A DNA stretch of 62,106 nucleotides, the filler included. It is 13 parts of 13 records of this genome, joined end to end, with 100 filler letters (N's around TTAATTAATTAA, not from the genome) between each part and the next. Parts side by side here need not be neighbours in the genome. Positions count along the whole stretch, not along the records: positions 1 to 4,163 come from SRR15195285_8914; positions 4,264 to 13,538 come from SRR15195285_8923; 11 more parts are not named here. One strand, given 5' to 3'. The translations under genes and the position numbers were made by a program. Below the pieces are notes generated by a model. The model was not told the origin of the DNA. It worked only from the letters and a program-made list of their open reading frames with translations, and did no database searches. Shown here piece by piece: positions 1-10,200 of the stretch (position 1 is its first letter; the number at the start of each line of letters is the position of its first letter).

Positions 1-54
1 CGGTACCTCAGTGACTTCAGCCAGCTCGGCTGCCCGTCAGTTGTTGGCTGTGCG

Positions 55-2970
55 ATGGCGGCGGTGGCGGACGGCGACGACGAGCTGGAGGGGCTGTGCG
101 TGCGTGCGCAGGGCGGCGACCGTTCGGCGCTGCGGAGGGTGAGCGACGCGGCGTGGGCGAACGAGCCGCACCGCTGCGGGGATGGCGTGGCGCTGTCGCC
201 GCTGTGGGGGTTAGTAGAGGGTGGGACCGAGCGGGAGCTGGTGAAGGTGCTCATGGGCAGGGCGGCGCACGGCGAGGAGGAGTGCCGGGCGCTGGCCGGC
301 CTGATCCGCGGCCAGGCGGTGCGCGCTTCCATTATAGGCAACGACGATGAAGATGGTTTTCAGAGTGCGCTGGTCGAGGTCTTGGAGGGTGGCGACAAAC
401 ATGCCCTGTTTGCCCTGTTCATCCTCGCGGTGTTGGTAATGGACGAGCCGCTCGGTGCCGAGATTTTCTCACCCGCTAGCGTGGTGCAGACTGTGCAGTG
501 GATGATCAGCCTCATTGCTGCAGATGTTGATGGCGATCCAGCTGCAGCTCGCGCCTGTTTTGAGGTTACGAAGCTGCTGACTATGCAGGCTGAGCTGGTG
601 GACGCGATTGAGCGGGACGATGATACTGTGGCCCGGGCCATTGAGCTCATCTGCACCCAAACGTCGCCAGGGGCGGTTGGGATAGTGTACACCCTTGCGA
701 CAGCATCACCAGCGATTGCTCGCAAGCTGGCGATCGCACTCGCGAAGTCAGGCCCCGCTCTCCACAATCTAATCGAGACCATCCGCGGTGGCACTGCCGA
801 GTGGACAGCAGAACGGATGCTGATGCTAGCGATGCGGGCTGACCCAGTGCCGGGAAAGTCACTCCTCAAGGCCCTGCTGGCTGCAGAGGGCGGCATAGCA
901 ATGCTTGCAACGCTGACAGAGCAAGTGTTCCACTGCAGCAGCTCGCAGCGGAGCTCTGGCAATGCCTCACAAGGGCACAGCAGTAATCCACAGCCGTCGT
1001 CGCAACAATACGATGACGGGACGCTTGTACTGACACAGGACCTCCACATTCACAGTCAGACAGATGGAGATGACGAAAGTAGCGACAAAGTGCTCTCATC
1101 AAGCGCCAACGCTGGTGGCGCAAGCGCCGACCTGGTCGCTCACTATGAAGCTGTCCTGTCAGAGGAGCGGAGAAATGCGAGTGAGCTGATGAAATCAATG
1201 GCAAGCACCGCTGCTGCAGAGCGACAGGCTATGCAAGATGAGATAGATGGTTTGCACACGCAGATGAAAGAAAAAAGAGCAAAGCATGAGCTTCGGGTAG
1301 GTAAGCTAACAGAAACTGCAAAACGTGAGCGTGAGCGCAGAGTCGCCATTGAGGGCTCATGCCGCCGTGAGAAGGATGAGGCAGCCACCACGCGCCGGCA
1401 ACTTGCAGCCGCAAAGGACGACCTTGCCCAGGCCCAGACCGAGGCAGAGAAGAAAGAAGTGAGCCTGCGCCGAGACTTCGAAGCACGCTTGGCAGAAGCT
1501 ACCGATCGACTCTCCGCCCAGGAAGCTGAAGCCGAAAAGAGATCCGTGGCGTGGGCCAGTGAGCAACAGGAACTGTGGCGAAAGTTAGTGATTTGTTTAG
1601 ACGGCTACCGTGAGCTAGAAACATCGGTCGAAATCGATGCAAAACGCGCGGAGGCAGAGGCGGCGGAAATGCATCAGTGTCACGCCAAACAACTGGAAGA
1701 CGCTGGTCAGGCGTTGGCTGACTGTGAGCATCGCTGTGCAACTGTCGACCGTGAGCGCCAAGCATTGACCGCTGAGTTGCAAGAAGCACAGGCGCAGCTG
1801 TATCAACTCAAAAAGGTGTCGAGCCTGATGTCAGCACTGATCGACACAACAAATCAGCCACAGTCAGTACCATCGACCGCTCCTACGGAGCAAACACAGC
1901 GCCGTCAACCCTCGAGTGACGGAACGATGGACTCTCCGTCATTGCGCTCGCATTCTCCGTCGGGTTTAAGCTATGGCAGTGGTCGCACCGGATCTGGCTC
2001 TGAGTCGAACTCTGGTTCTGCTGACAGTGGCAGGGAAGTACATGGCAGCGCCAGAGAGCAGCCGCAGGAAGAAGGAGCCATACTTGCACTGTCTCAGACT
2101 GACCAGACACCACATCGGAACGCGAAGGCACATCTACGACAGGCGCGGGAGTACAGCGGGGGTGGCAGCAGGCGACTCAGGCGGTGCGATGCTACCGCGA
2201 GCATTGTCGGTACGAGCGTTCGAACCAGCAGCGCGAGTAGCACAAGCAGCGCCAATAGCGCCTTGAGTGACGCTGTGTCTGCTGTTCATAATGATGTGGG
2301 TGCCCTTGGGCTACAACTGCCGACTTGGTCACAAGCTGCGGCTGACGACAGCACAGGACAGGGAACCGTCTACTATGGCAGCCAGGAGACTGTCCAACCA
2401 GCAGCGTCTGGTACAGCGGCATCATCATCAGCGCGTCCTTTGGCAACAGCACCAACACCAGAGCACAGCCCTGCGTTTGAATGGCAAAAGGAGGATGTCG
2501 CAGCAAACCGCAATCGCCGGCTTGCATTTTTGGCTATGGATCCTCGCGGAGCAGGTGGAAGCGTCATGGCGTCGACCAAGCCCGAAAATCGGCATTCGTC
2601 AGAAAGCGAAGATGACGACGAAGGCATCGATAAACGTAGAGAGGCTAGTTTAGACTCGCTACCACTACGGCGCAGGGATGCAAACGCTGAGCCCAACAGT
2701 GCTGCCGGTCGCGCAAGGAGGCAGCGAGAGAAGCTCACACTGCTGCGCGCAGAGGCAGGGTGCACACAGCCGCCGGCAGATGATGACGATGACACTGAGC
2801 AGGCTAGCTACCACGCGAACGATGGCGCGAATGGCTACCACGAGGAAGGTGGGGTGGAGTCGCCGGGTATCACACCGGTAAAATCCCAGCGGGAGCATTC
2901 ATTTGGGCAATCCAGTGAGCTTGACGACTCGAGCTCGACGTTGGAAGCACAATCACCAGAGCTATTCTGA
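55..2970 (+). CDS. Uncharacterised 971-aa protein: helical ARM/HEAT-like N-terminus, central coiled coil, Ser/Asp-rich disordered C-terminus
   Basis: Uninterrupted ATG-to-TGA ORF; amphipathic helical N-terminal ~290 aa; heptad-rich E/K/A/Q segment at about aa 360-600; several SQ/TQ dipeptides. No family recognised. Confidence 0.75.
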   Translation: MAAVADGDDELEGLCVRAQGGDRSALRRVSDAAWANEPHRCGDGVALSPLWGLVEGGTERELVKVLMGRAAHGEEECRALAGLIRGQAVRASIIGNDDEDGFQSALVEVLEGGDKHALFALFILAVLVMDEPLGAEIFSPASVVQTVQWMISLIAADVDGDPAAARACFEVTKLLTMQAELVDAIERDDDTVARAIELICTQTSPGAVGIVYTLATASPAIARKLAIALAKSGPALHNLIETIRGGTAEWTAERMLMLAMRADPVPGKSLLKALLAAEGGIAMLATLTEQVFHCSSSQRSSGNASQGHSSNPQPSSQQYDDGTLVLTQDLHIHSQTDGDDESSDKVLSSSANAGGASADLVAHYEAVLSEERRNASELMKSMASTAAAERQAMQDEIDGLHTQMKEKRAKHELRVGKLTETAKRERERRVAIEGSCRREKDEAATTRRQLAAAKDDLAQAQTEAEKKEVSLRRDFEARLAEATDRLSAQEAEAEKRSVAWASEQQELWRKLVICLDGYRELETSVEIDAKRAEAEAAEMHQCHAKQLEDAGQALADCEHRCATVDRERQALTAELQEAQAQLYQLKKVSSLMSALIDTTNQPQSVPSTAPTEQTQRRQPSSDGTMDSPSLRSHSPSGLSYGSGRTGSGSESNSGSADSGREVHGSAREQPQEEGAILALSQTDQTPHRNAKAHLRQAREYSGGGSRRLRRCDATASIVGTSVRTSSASSTSSANSALSDAVSAVHNDVGALGLQLPTWSQAAADDSTGQGTVYYGSQETVQPAASGTAASSSARPLATAPTPEHSPAFEWQKEDVAANRNRRLAFLAMDPRGAGGSVMASTKPENRHSSESEDDDEGIDKRREASLDSLPLRRRDANAEPNSAAGRARRQREKLTLLRAEAGCTQPPADDDDDTEQASYHANDGANGYHEEGGVESPGITPVKSQREHSFGQSSELDDSSSTLEAQSPELF

Positions 2971-3083
2971 TTTGAGCATCGCTGCTGGGTTATCAGTCTT
3001 CATCAGCCTGATCGCTAGGAAACTAGTTCGGCAGGGATTAGCAATCGATGTGTAGCTAGTGATTAGCTAGCTGCATTGTAATG

Positions 3084-3986
3084 TTAATCGTGATCGTGGC
3101 CGTCCGTAGCCCTGTCCCACGAGTGCTCGAGCGTGAGCCGCTCGCCTTCGATAGTTAACACTGTCCCTGACAACTCCACTGCACGGGAGTACGCCCGAAA
3201 GCAATCTTCCCACGCCACGGCATTCAGCTGGCCCGACACAGTTGGTGTGTGACACTCGTTCGCGAGCACGGTGGCAAGTCGTATTGCGGTCTGCCAGAGC
3301 TCACCGAGCTCCTCTCTGCTTCGGTGGCCTTCGTCGACGCTCTTGCGGGCGATGCCTTGTATGAACGATGCAACATTATTCGCCTTTCCCGCAACGACTT
3401 CACGCCGCCGCTTGATCTCGAAGTATGCACTCGCGTCGCGCTTCTTCTGTAGCTCTGCCTTGATGCTATCGATGCGCTGCCGTTCGGCCTCGGCCTCAGC
3501 TGCGGCCTTGGACTGCGCAAGCTCTGCGGCAATCTGCTCCTTGCTGAGAGTCCGCTTGCCTTGCAGCTGGGCGTTGTGCGTCTCGCAAGTGTGGAGCTGG
3601 TGACTACGGTGCTTGTTGCAGAGCAACCGCCCACAATCCGCACACCAAAACGAGTCAATGCAGTTTTTGGCGATTAGCGGACCGCCAGCTGCAAACGGCT
3701 TCATGCACGCCACTATTCAGGCCACGCCGTGCAATCACATGAATATTGTGTCAGTGCCGACCCAGCCTGCTCGCTCCATGCAGCTTCTGACTGATGGCAG
3801 GAGGCTTGCCTGCGAGTACTCACCTCCACACTCGGCACATTTTTGCTTGAGGAAGCGCTTCTTAAACTTCTCTTGGGACAGCATCGCCAGCAGCTGTTCC
3901 TTTGTGACTGTCTTCGCTGCTTTTGCTCCTGCTGTGGGCGATGCATCGCCGGGAGCCTCTGTGGGTGCTGCTGCACTACCCTCCAT
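3084..3986 (-). CDS. AN1-like zinc-finger protein with coiled coil (two exons)
   Basis: ATG at 3986; an intron with GTGAGT donor and AATAG acceptor joins KCAECG to VACMKPF...CIDSFWCADCGRLLCNKHRSHQLHTC (CxxC-x4-C-x2-H-x5-HxC pattern). Confidence 0.65.
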
Positions 3987-4163
3987 ATACGTAGATGATA
4001 GACCGTATCTAATCGGTATGTCAGGCTGGGCAGATAGACCCGGCCCGGGCCCCGCCAGCCATGCATCGCACTGTAGATATAGAGGGCGCGCGCGCGGGCG
4101 CCCCGCGCGCCAGCATGCCAGCATGCAACAACGTCCGGCCTACGCATGCATGTGCCCAGGTTG

Positions 4164-4263
4164 NNNNNNNNNNNNNNNNNNNNNNNNNNNNNNNNNNNNN
4201 NNNNNNNTTAATTAATTAANNNNNNNNNNNNNNNNNNNNNNNNNNNNNNNNNNNNNNNNNNNN
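4164..4263. other. Artificial contig-joining linker N44-TTAATTAATTAA-N44 (first of 12)
   Basis: Identical 100-bp spacers at 4164, 13539, 16880, 20013, 25175, 32939, 36217, 41831, 45843, 49056, 53337 and 57256; the core puts stop codons in all six frames. Confidence 0.98.
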
Positions 4264-7200
4264 AGAGGAAGAGGAAGAGGAAGAGGAAGAGGAGGAGGAA
4301 TAAATCATGCCTGGAGTGATCACGACCGTGCAAACCATACACCTGTCGCTCAAGCAGGGCAGACACAGATTACATCGAGGCCTCGACGGTCGACGTGCAA
4401 ACAGGTGAACTATGCAGACGGAGACGGAGACGGTGTGTTTGCGGGCGACAAGAGCCGATACGTGGATAGCAAGGAGATTCGAGACATTTATCCAGGCCGC
4501 TGGTGGCATCTGATTGACTCATCTGAGCCACGACGTGCAGAGGGCTTTGCTGTTCGGCTCGTCGACGATGTAATGGGTATGAGCACGAAGTATGCCAATC
4601 ATGACCACGGGGTTGTGTTGTTTGCTGAGGAGATCCGGCGAGAGTGGACATTCAATGAGGTACCAGACGACAACAGGTGGGATACTTACCATAACGATGA
4701 TGACGTCAATTCGTTGCCAGCAGGGAAAGGTCCAGAAATGGTGGTTGTATTTGTCAAAGGAGAGGAGCGAGAGAATCCCACCCGAGAGGACTTATTGCAG
4801 GCTTACCGAACGTACAGCTCATCTCGGGAGGAGTGGGAGACAGTGGACGAGATCGTAGCGGTGGATGCGTACATGGTGGCACCATATTTACCACCGTCTC
4901 ATGATTCACACGGCACGCGTCGAGGTGAGGAGACGTGCAAGATGTATGGATTCTCTGCTGAAGTGCAGACTAGTGGTTTTTGTGTCCAGTGCACCAAGTG
5001 CAATCAAAATCGTGAGCTTCCGGCAGGAGTCTTTCTACGGTATGGCAGCGCGAAGTGCTGGGAATGCTCCCTGCATCCGGATCTTGCTTGCGTATGCGAA
5101 CCAGTTGGGAGGGACGCGGAGGGCAAAAGCGCTGGTGGAGTTGCTGGCAGCGACGAACCCGCTGAGAGAGCCCGAGAGAACAGCACACCACATCGGGCAT
5201 CCGCGGGTGACGAGCTGAGCGAGCCCAAGGCCAGGGACGACGAGTTGCTGCGAAGTGTTGTCCGGGGAGCGTATGCAGCAGCACAGAAGGGGATGAGCCA
5301 AGACCTCAATCCAGCTGTAGAAGAATTGCTCAACTACCTTCGCACGCCTGAAGGTCTGCATTATCGGGCTGACTTGGTACGGGTTGCGAAAGGAAGGCCT
5401 GACGATGAAGCTGTGATGGCGTGCTACAATTGGCTCCATACCACTGGCGGGCATCTCAGGGATGACAAGGATCATCTACGAAAAACAAAAGCTCTATACC
5501 AACGGATCAATACCGTGTTGAACAAACTTACTTTTAGTTTGACTGGTCGCAAGGTCGCCACTAAACGTGGCAAAGATCAACGTTTCGCCCTCGTGCCGAT
5601 CTCGCCCAAATCCTTCAGCAAACAGATCGACAGGCCAGCAGTGCCCCCGAGAATGGACAGCAACGATCCCCGTTTGCCGTTGTGGAGCGGCTCGACCCAG
5701 CAGCTTGACGCTTGTGAAACTGCCCGCCAGACGCGGGTGGCAAAGGGCTTTGGTAGTCCCATGAAGGCTGCCCTTGATGTCTTGATCCAGTATCTTCATG
5801 AGTGTGACCAACCCTCAGGCGACCCACCCACATTCTCTGAATTGGCACTACGACTGGAAAATATCAAGGGTCTTGGCTTTGGGAAAATTTTGAAACTACT
5901 TGTGCGGCTTGAGTTTCGGCTGCCTGGTATCGATGAATATGTCAAATCGCACAGTCGAGCACTGCAGTCGGTGCGCAACACCTTAACTGACGACTACGCA
6001 CTTCTCTTCCCTCGCGACTTTCTGGCACAGCAGTGCCGTACCGATCCCGGCCCGAATTTTCAAAGGGTCAAACGAGTGCTGGTGCATCAGAAACCATGGT
6101 CTGAGCTGGACGAAAATCAGCGACTGGCGGCACAGGAGCTTAATTATACGGCACAGATTTGGGACGCCAACGAATGGCCACCTGATATGGACAAATGGAG
6201 TCGCCTCTCGCCAGATCAAGTCACCGCTGCACAAATGCTCGAGCACACAAAAAAGTCATGGGATGCAGAGTTTCGCCTAAACAATGTTTTTGAAGACGAT
6301 GCCGCAGATCTGGACATTGGTGAGGACTTATCAGACGTGGACGATGAGGACATATCTGGTAAGACAGACTTCGAAGATTTCAGTGACTTGGAAGAAGACG
6401 ACGAGGCAGAAAACAGTCTTCCTGCTACTCGTGCAGCATCAGTGACCACTTTGTCCAGCGAGTCTACCACTGTGGAGTACCTTAAGCCTGAAGACTTGCA
6501 CTTTAGTTCGTCGAATATGTTGCTGAAGTATCTAGTGCTGGAGTCAGTGAGCTCCCTTCCCACCGGAGAGGCGCTCGAAAACCGAGAGATCAAGCAGTGG
6601 AAAAACAGTGGGAAAATCGATGGATTTGAGCTGACCAAGGGTATGGCTTTGATCAAGGTTGCAGATAGAAATGTTGAGGGCAAGTCACTCGATGAAGTGC
6701 AGCAGCTAATCCGCACCGAGCTTGCTCGGCCATTGACACTCAGTTTCATCCGCGGTGGCATCCAATGGAAGATGCTGACGGCTCGAAATCCGCAAGTTGA
6801 CGCGTATCCTCCCCACGCTTGGAAGACTGAAGATGAAGTCATGCGCACAAAGTTTGCTGAGTGTGTTGGATCTGATGGCCAGCGTGTCAACAGTTCTGAC
6901 AAAATGCTCCAGCTGCTGCGGAGCTTCGGATTGCACGAAGTCCAGCTATACAATGACATGACTGGTGAAATTGAGACGAAGCAACTGTCACCGCAGAGTG
7001 TCTTAAATAATTTTGGCGGGGAAGGCAAGCTGGACTATAGGCAATTCTACAACTTCGTTCGCCGTCGAAAAATCAGCATCCACCCCGCGCAAGAGAAGAA
7101 GGCGCATGCACTGTTCGAAAAGATCGCCGCTGCAATTGAATGGAAGTTCGATCGATATACGGACTTCCAATTTGTGGTGCTAGTGCCCAACCAGAACAAT

Positions 7201-10200
7201 CTGCAGTCGCAGACCGTCGAGCGGTTGCGCGAGTTTTTGGACGAGTTCAAGCACATAGTGCCGTGCCGAGAGCGATTCTTCCAGAAATACTGCACAGACG
7301 ATGACGGAATCGACGGCGATGACAAGCTGCTAGACATGAGACGCAAAGAAGCAGAACAGAGAATTGAGACGGACCTCGTGGGCAAGAAAAATAGCAACCC
7401 GAAATCCGCAGTGGACAAGAAGTGGCGCGAGAAGGTTCGCAGAAGGATCATTGACAACCCGGAAACGCTGTTTCTCATCATTCATGATGAAGCTCACTTC
7501 GAAAACACTCTGAATGGAGCAGCTGACTCGTTTCTCAACGCATCTACTGGCCCGGGTACAGACGAAGACAGGCGGTTGTCAAATCGCGAAAACGTCATCA
7601 TCCTAGACGTCAGCGCGACACCGTTCAATTTGCTTTCTAATCAGTCGCAGATTCCAATCGCAAACGAGGAAATTTGGGACGACGAGGACTCTCCTGGCTA
7701 CTGTGGACAGACAGAGTTCACGCAGAGGTTCAACTCCTGGGAGCGCGGTTCGATCAACGGCGTGGACCCGGCGTTTGACACTGAGGTTAAGAAGCTGCTG
7801 AAGACTGTGTACACGGGCAAATACCCCAAAACGCAGGCGAACAAGAACGGTGAGCACAAAAAGCACCCGAAAGCCGGTGATCCGCACTCCAAATGTGAGG
7901 AGTTTGCTCGCATTCATGCATTGACAAAGCAATATGTCGACGCACTCGAGAAGACACGAAATCACCTTGGCAAATATCCATCAGGTGGAATGCGGACGCA
8001 CACAGAAAGGATGGTTCAAGATCTGGTGAACATACCGTTGGATTCTTCAGATGGTAGTGGCATCATGATTCTCTTGCGGCAGCCGCACAGCACTGGCCAG
8101 ATGGTGGGCAAACGAATTAAAGAGGCTCGTGATCGGCTAGGTCTGCAAAACCGTTTTGCGGTGATTGTGGACCTGAACGAGAAGCAAAATGGCCTGTACG
8201 GAGCATTGAAGGATTGGAATCGAGAGATCTTTGATAGAATGAAGCAAAGGTTGAAGACTGACGATGATGGGATGAAGCGCCAGCTGCGGACATACGAAGA
8301 CTTGGAAGGACTGCCCTGCATTTTGATCCTCTGCGAAAAAGGCAAGATGGGAGACTCGTTTCCTGACTCGTTCCGGTATTACGACCTGCGATTGCGGTAT
8401 CCCAACGATCCAGAGAGTCGGCAAGCGACTGTGCAAGACCTTGGGCGTGCGTTCGGCTACCGCACCCACGAAACACGCCCAGTCATCATTGTCGGGCATG
8501 GCTGCATGAACAAGCTCAAACAGGGAACTTCGGCGGTCAGAAGCACGAAGAGCACCACGCTCAAAGAGCGACCGCAAGGATTGCGGGGGATTGATCCTGA
8601 TTACGGCCACATGAGGTGCACCGGCGATAAGAACGACGCACAGATGTGGCCGAGGTCTGAATTCGACACTGAACCGTATAGAAAGCATTGGGAGGCGGCG
8701 GAACCAAAGGGGACCAGAGCTCTCATCGATTGGCACGGACATCCGAGTAATGACCAAGTGACTGACGGTTGGACGAATAACCCACTACACTTCCTTCTTT
8801 TCGGTCGTCCTCAAATCGGCAAGACTGGCGCGTTCTTGATGCTGATCTACCTTCTGTGGCAAGAGTGCGTTGAGGGCCGTGATGAGCTAGCAGATGGCGA
8901 AGAGGTTGAAAGCGATGACGACGATGAGGCTGACGCTGAGAGCATTCTGCAGAACATGGATCCGTTGCCTAACTACGACTATATGGTACAGCAGCAATTT
9001 GAAGACGCAAAAGTTGAGCACACAGACAACGGTTATACATTTCTGACATGCAAATGCCTGCTTAAAAACGGTTTTAAACCCTTGCCGGTGGGCCATCCGT
9101 CATCGCACAATAAGCTTGGTGGTGGCTGCCAGGCCTCACGTTGTGGCCTTAACTGTGGCAAGTATGGCGATCCAAAAGTGCCAGAGCTGTGGAAATTCTA
9201 TGTCTTGGACGGGGAAAAGCCACCACATCCTCGGGCAAAAGAGTACTCCATGAACAGCAGTAAGAAAACACCTACAAGGGCAGTGCAGACAGCTAGCACT
9301 GCCCCCGCTGCAGCGGCCCAATTGCTGCCAATCGGCCACCATCTAAATGCTCCAAATTCTGCTGTTGACTCTGCATCTGGTGGCAGCGTAAGTGCTAACA
9401 GTGCCTTGGTAGAGTCTACGTCATCGCCGACTTGGGGTGCAGCGCGGCGGTCGAGCGATGGTACAGGCTATAATTATGCATGGGTTGCGCGTGGTTCCGC
9501 CTACGCGCTCAGCCGCAACCCAATGCGGAACCAACGCGAACCCATGGGATACCGAGTGCGCTTTGATGCTCGCGATGGACAACCAGCTTGTGAGGGTCGA
9601 CTGCACATTCCAGACGAGTTGATCAACTGTTCGAGGACTCGGCGCACAGATCCAACATCAAATCCACTGATGTGGTCAGACAGAGACGGCACCTCATACG
9701 TTAATGGCCGTGGCTCTTGTGATGTCAGGCTAATGCTCCCGAGCTCTGATGAGTGCTTCATCGAGTTGGAAACGTGCAACAACAAACGGTGTGAAGCATA
9801 TGGCAAACCTTGTAATGACGAGACACACATGCGAAAGCTGCAGAAAGTGATGCGATTCCCAATTTTCCAACCGTCCTACAATCGGTCAGGATACCGATGT
9901 ATCGACGAATCATGCCGTCACTTTGGCAAGTCAACTTGCCCGGACCGTAAGCACAAACCTGAAGCTGCGCTGGACATTCGGCCTATGATGGGAAATCATT
10001 TGTACGCTCAAATTGTTGCCGTGAAGAAGTCGCAAGTCGAAGACTACAAGCGCCAGTTCCCTCGGATCACATTTTTCGAGCTGCCGGAACATGATGCAAT
10101 GCCTGAGCACTCGATTGGGTATAGCCGTTTCTACATGAAGCAGCTATCTCATATTTTGTGTCGGGATCTTGACGACTTTCCTTTCTGCGCTGTACTTGAC

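Noticed and set aside
4264-4303. (GAGGAA)n followed by TAA as the poly-Glu end of an upstream gene
   Set aside because: In the GREB1-like frame it reads RGRGRG and stays open into the long ORF, which is the simpler explanation.
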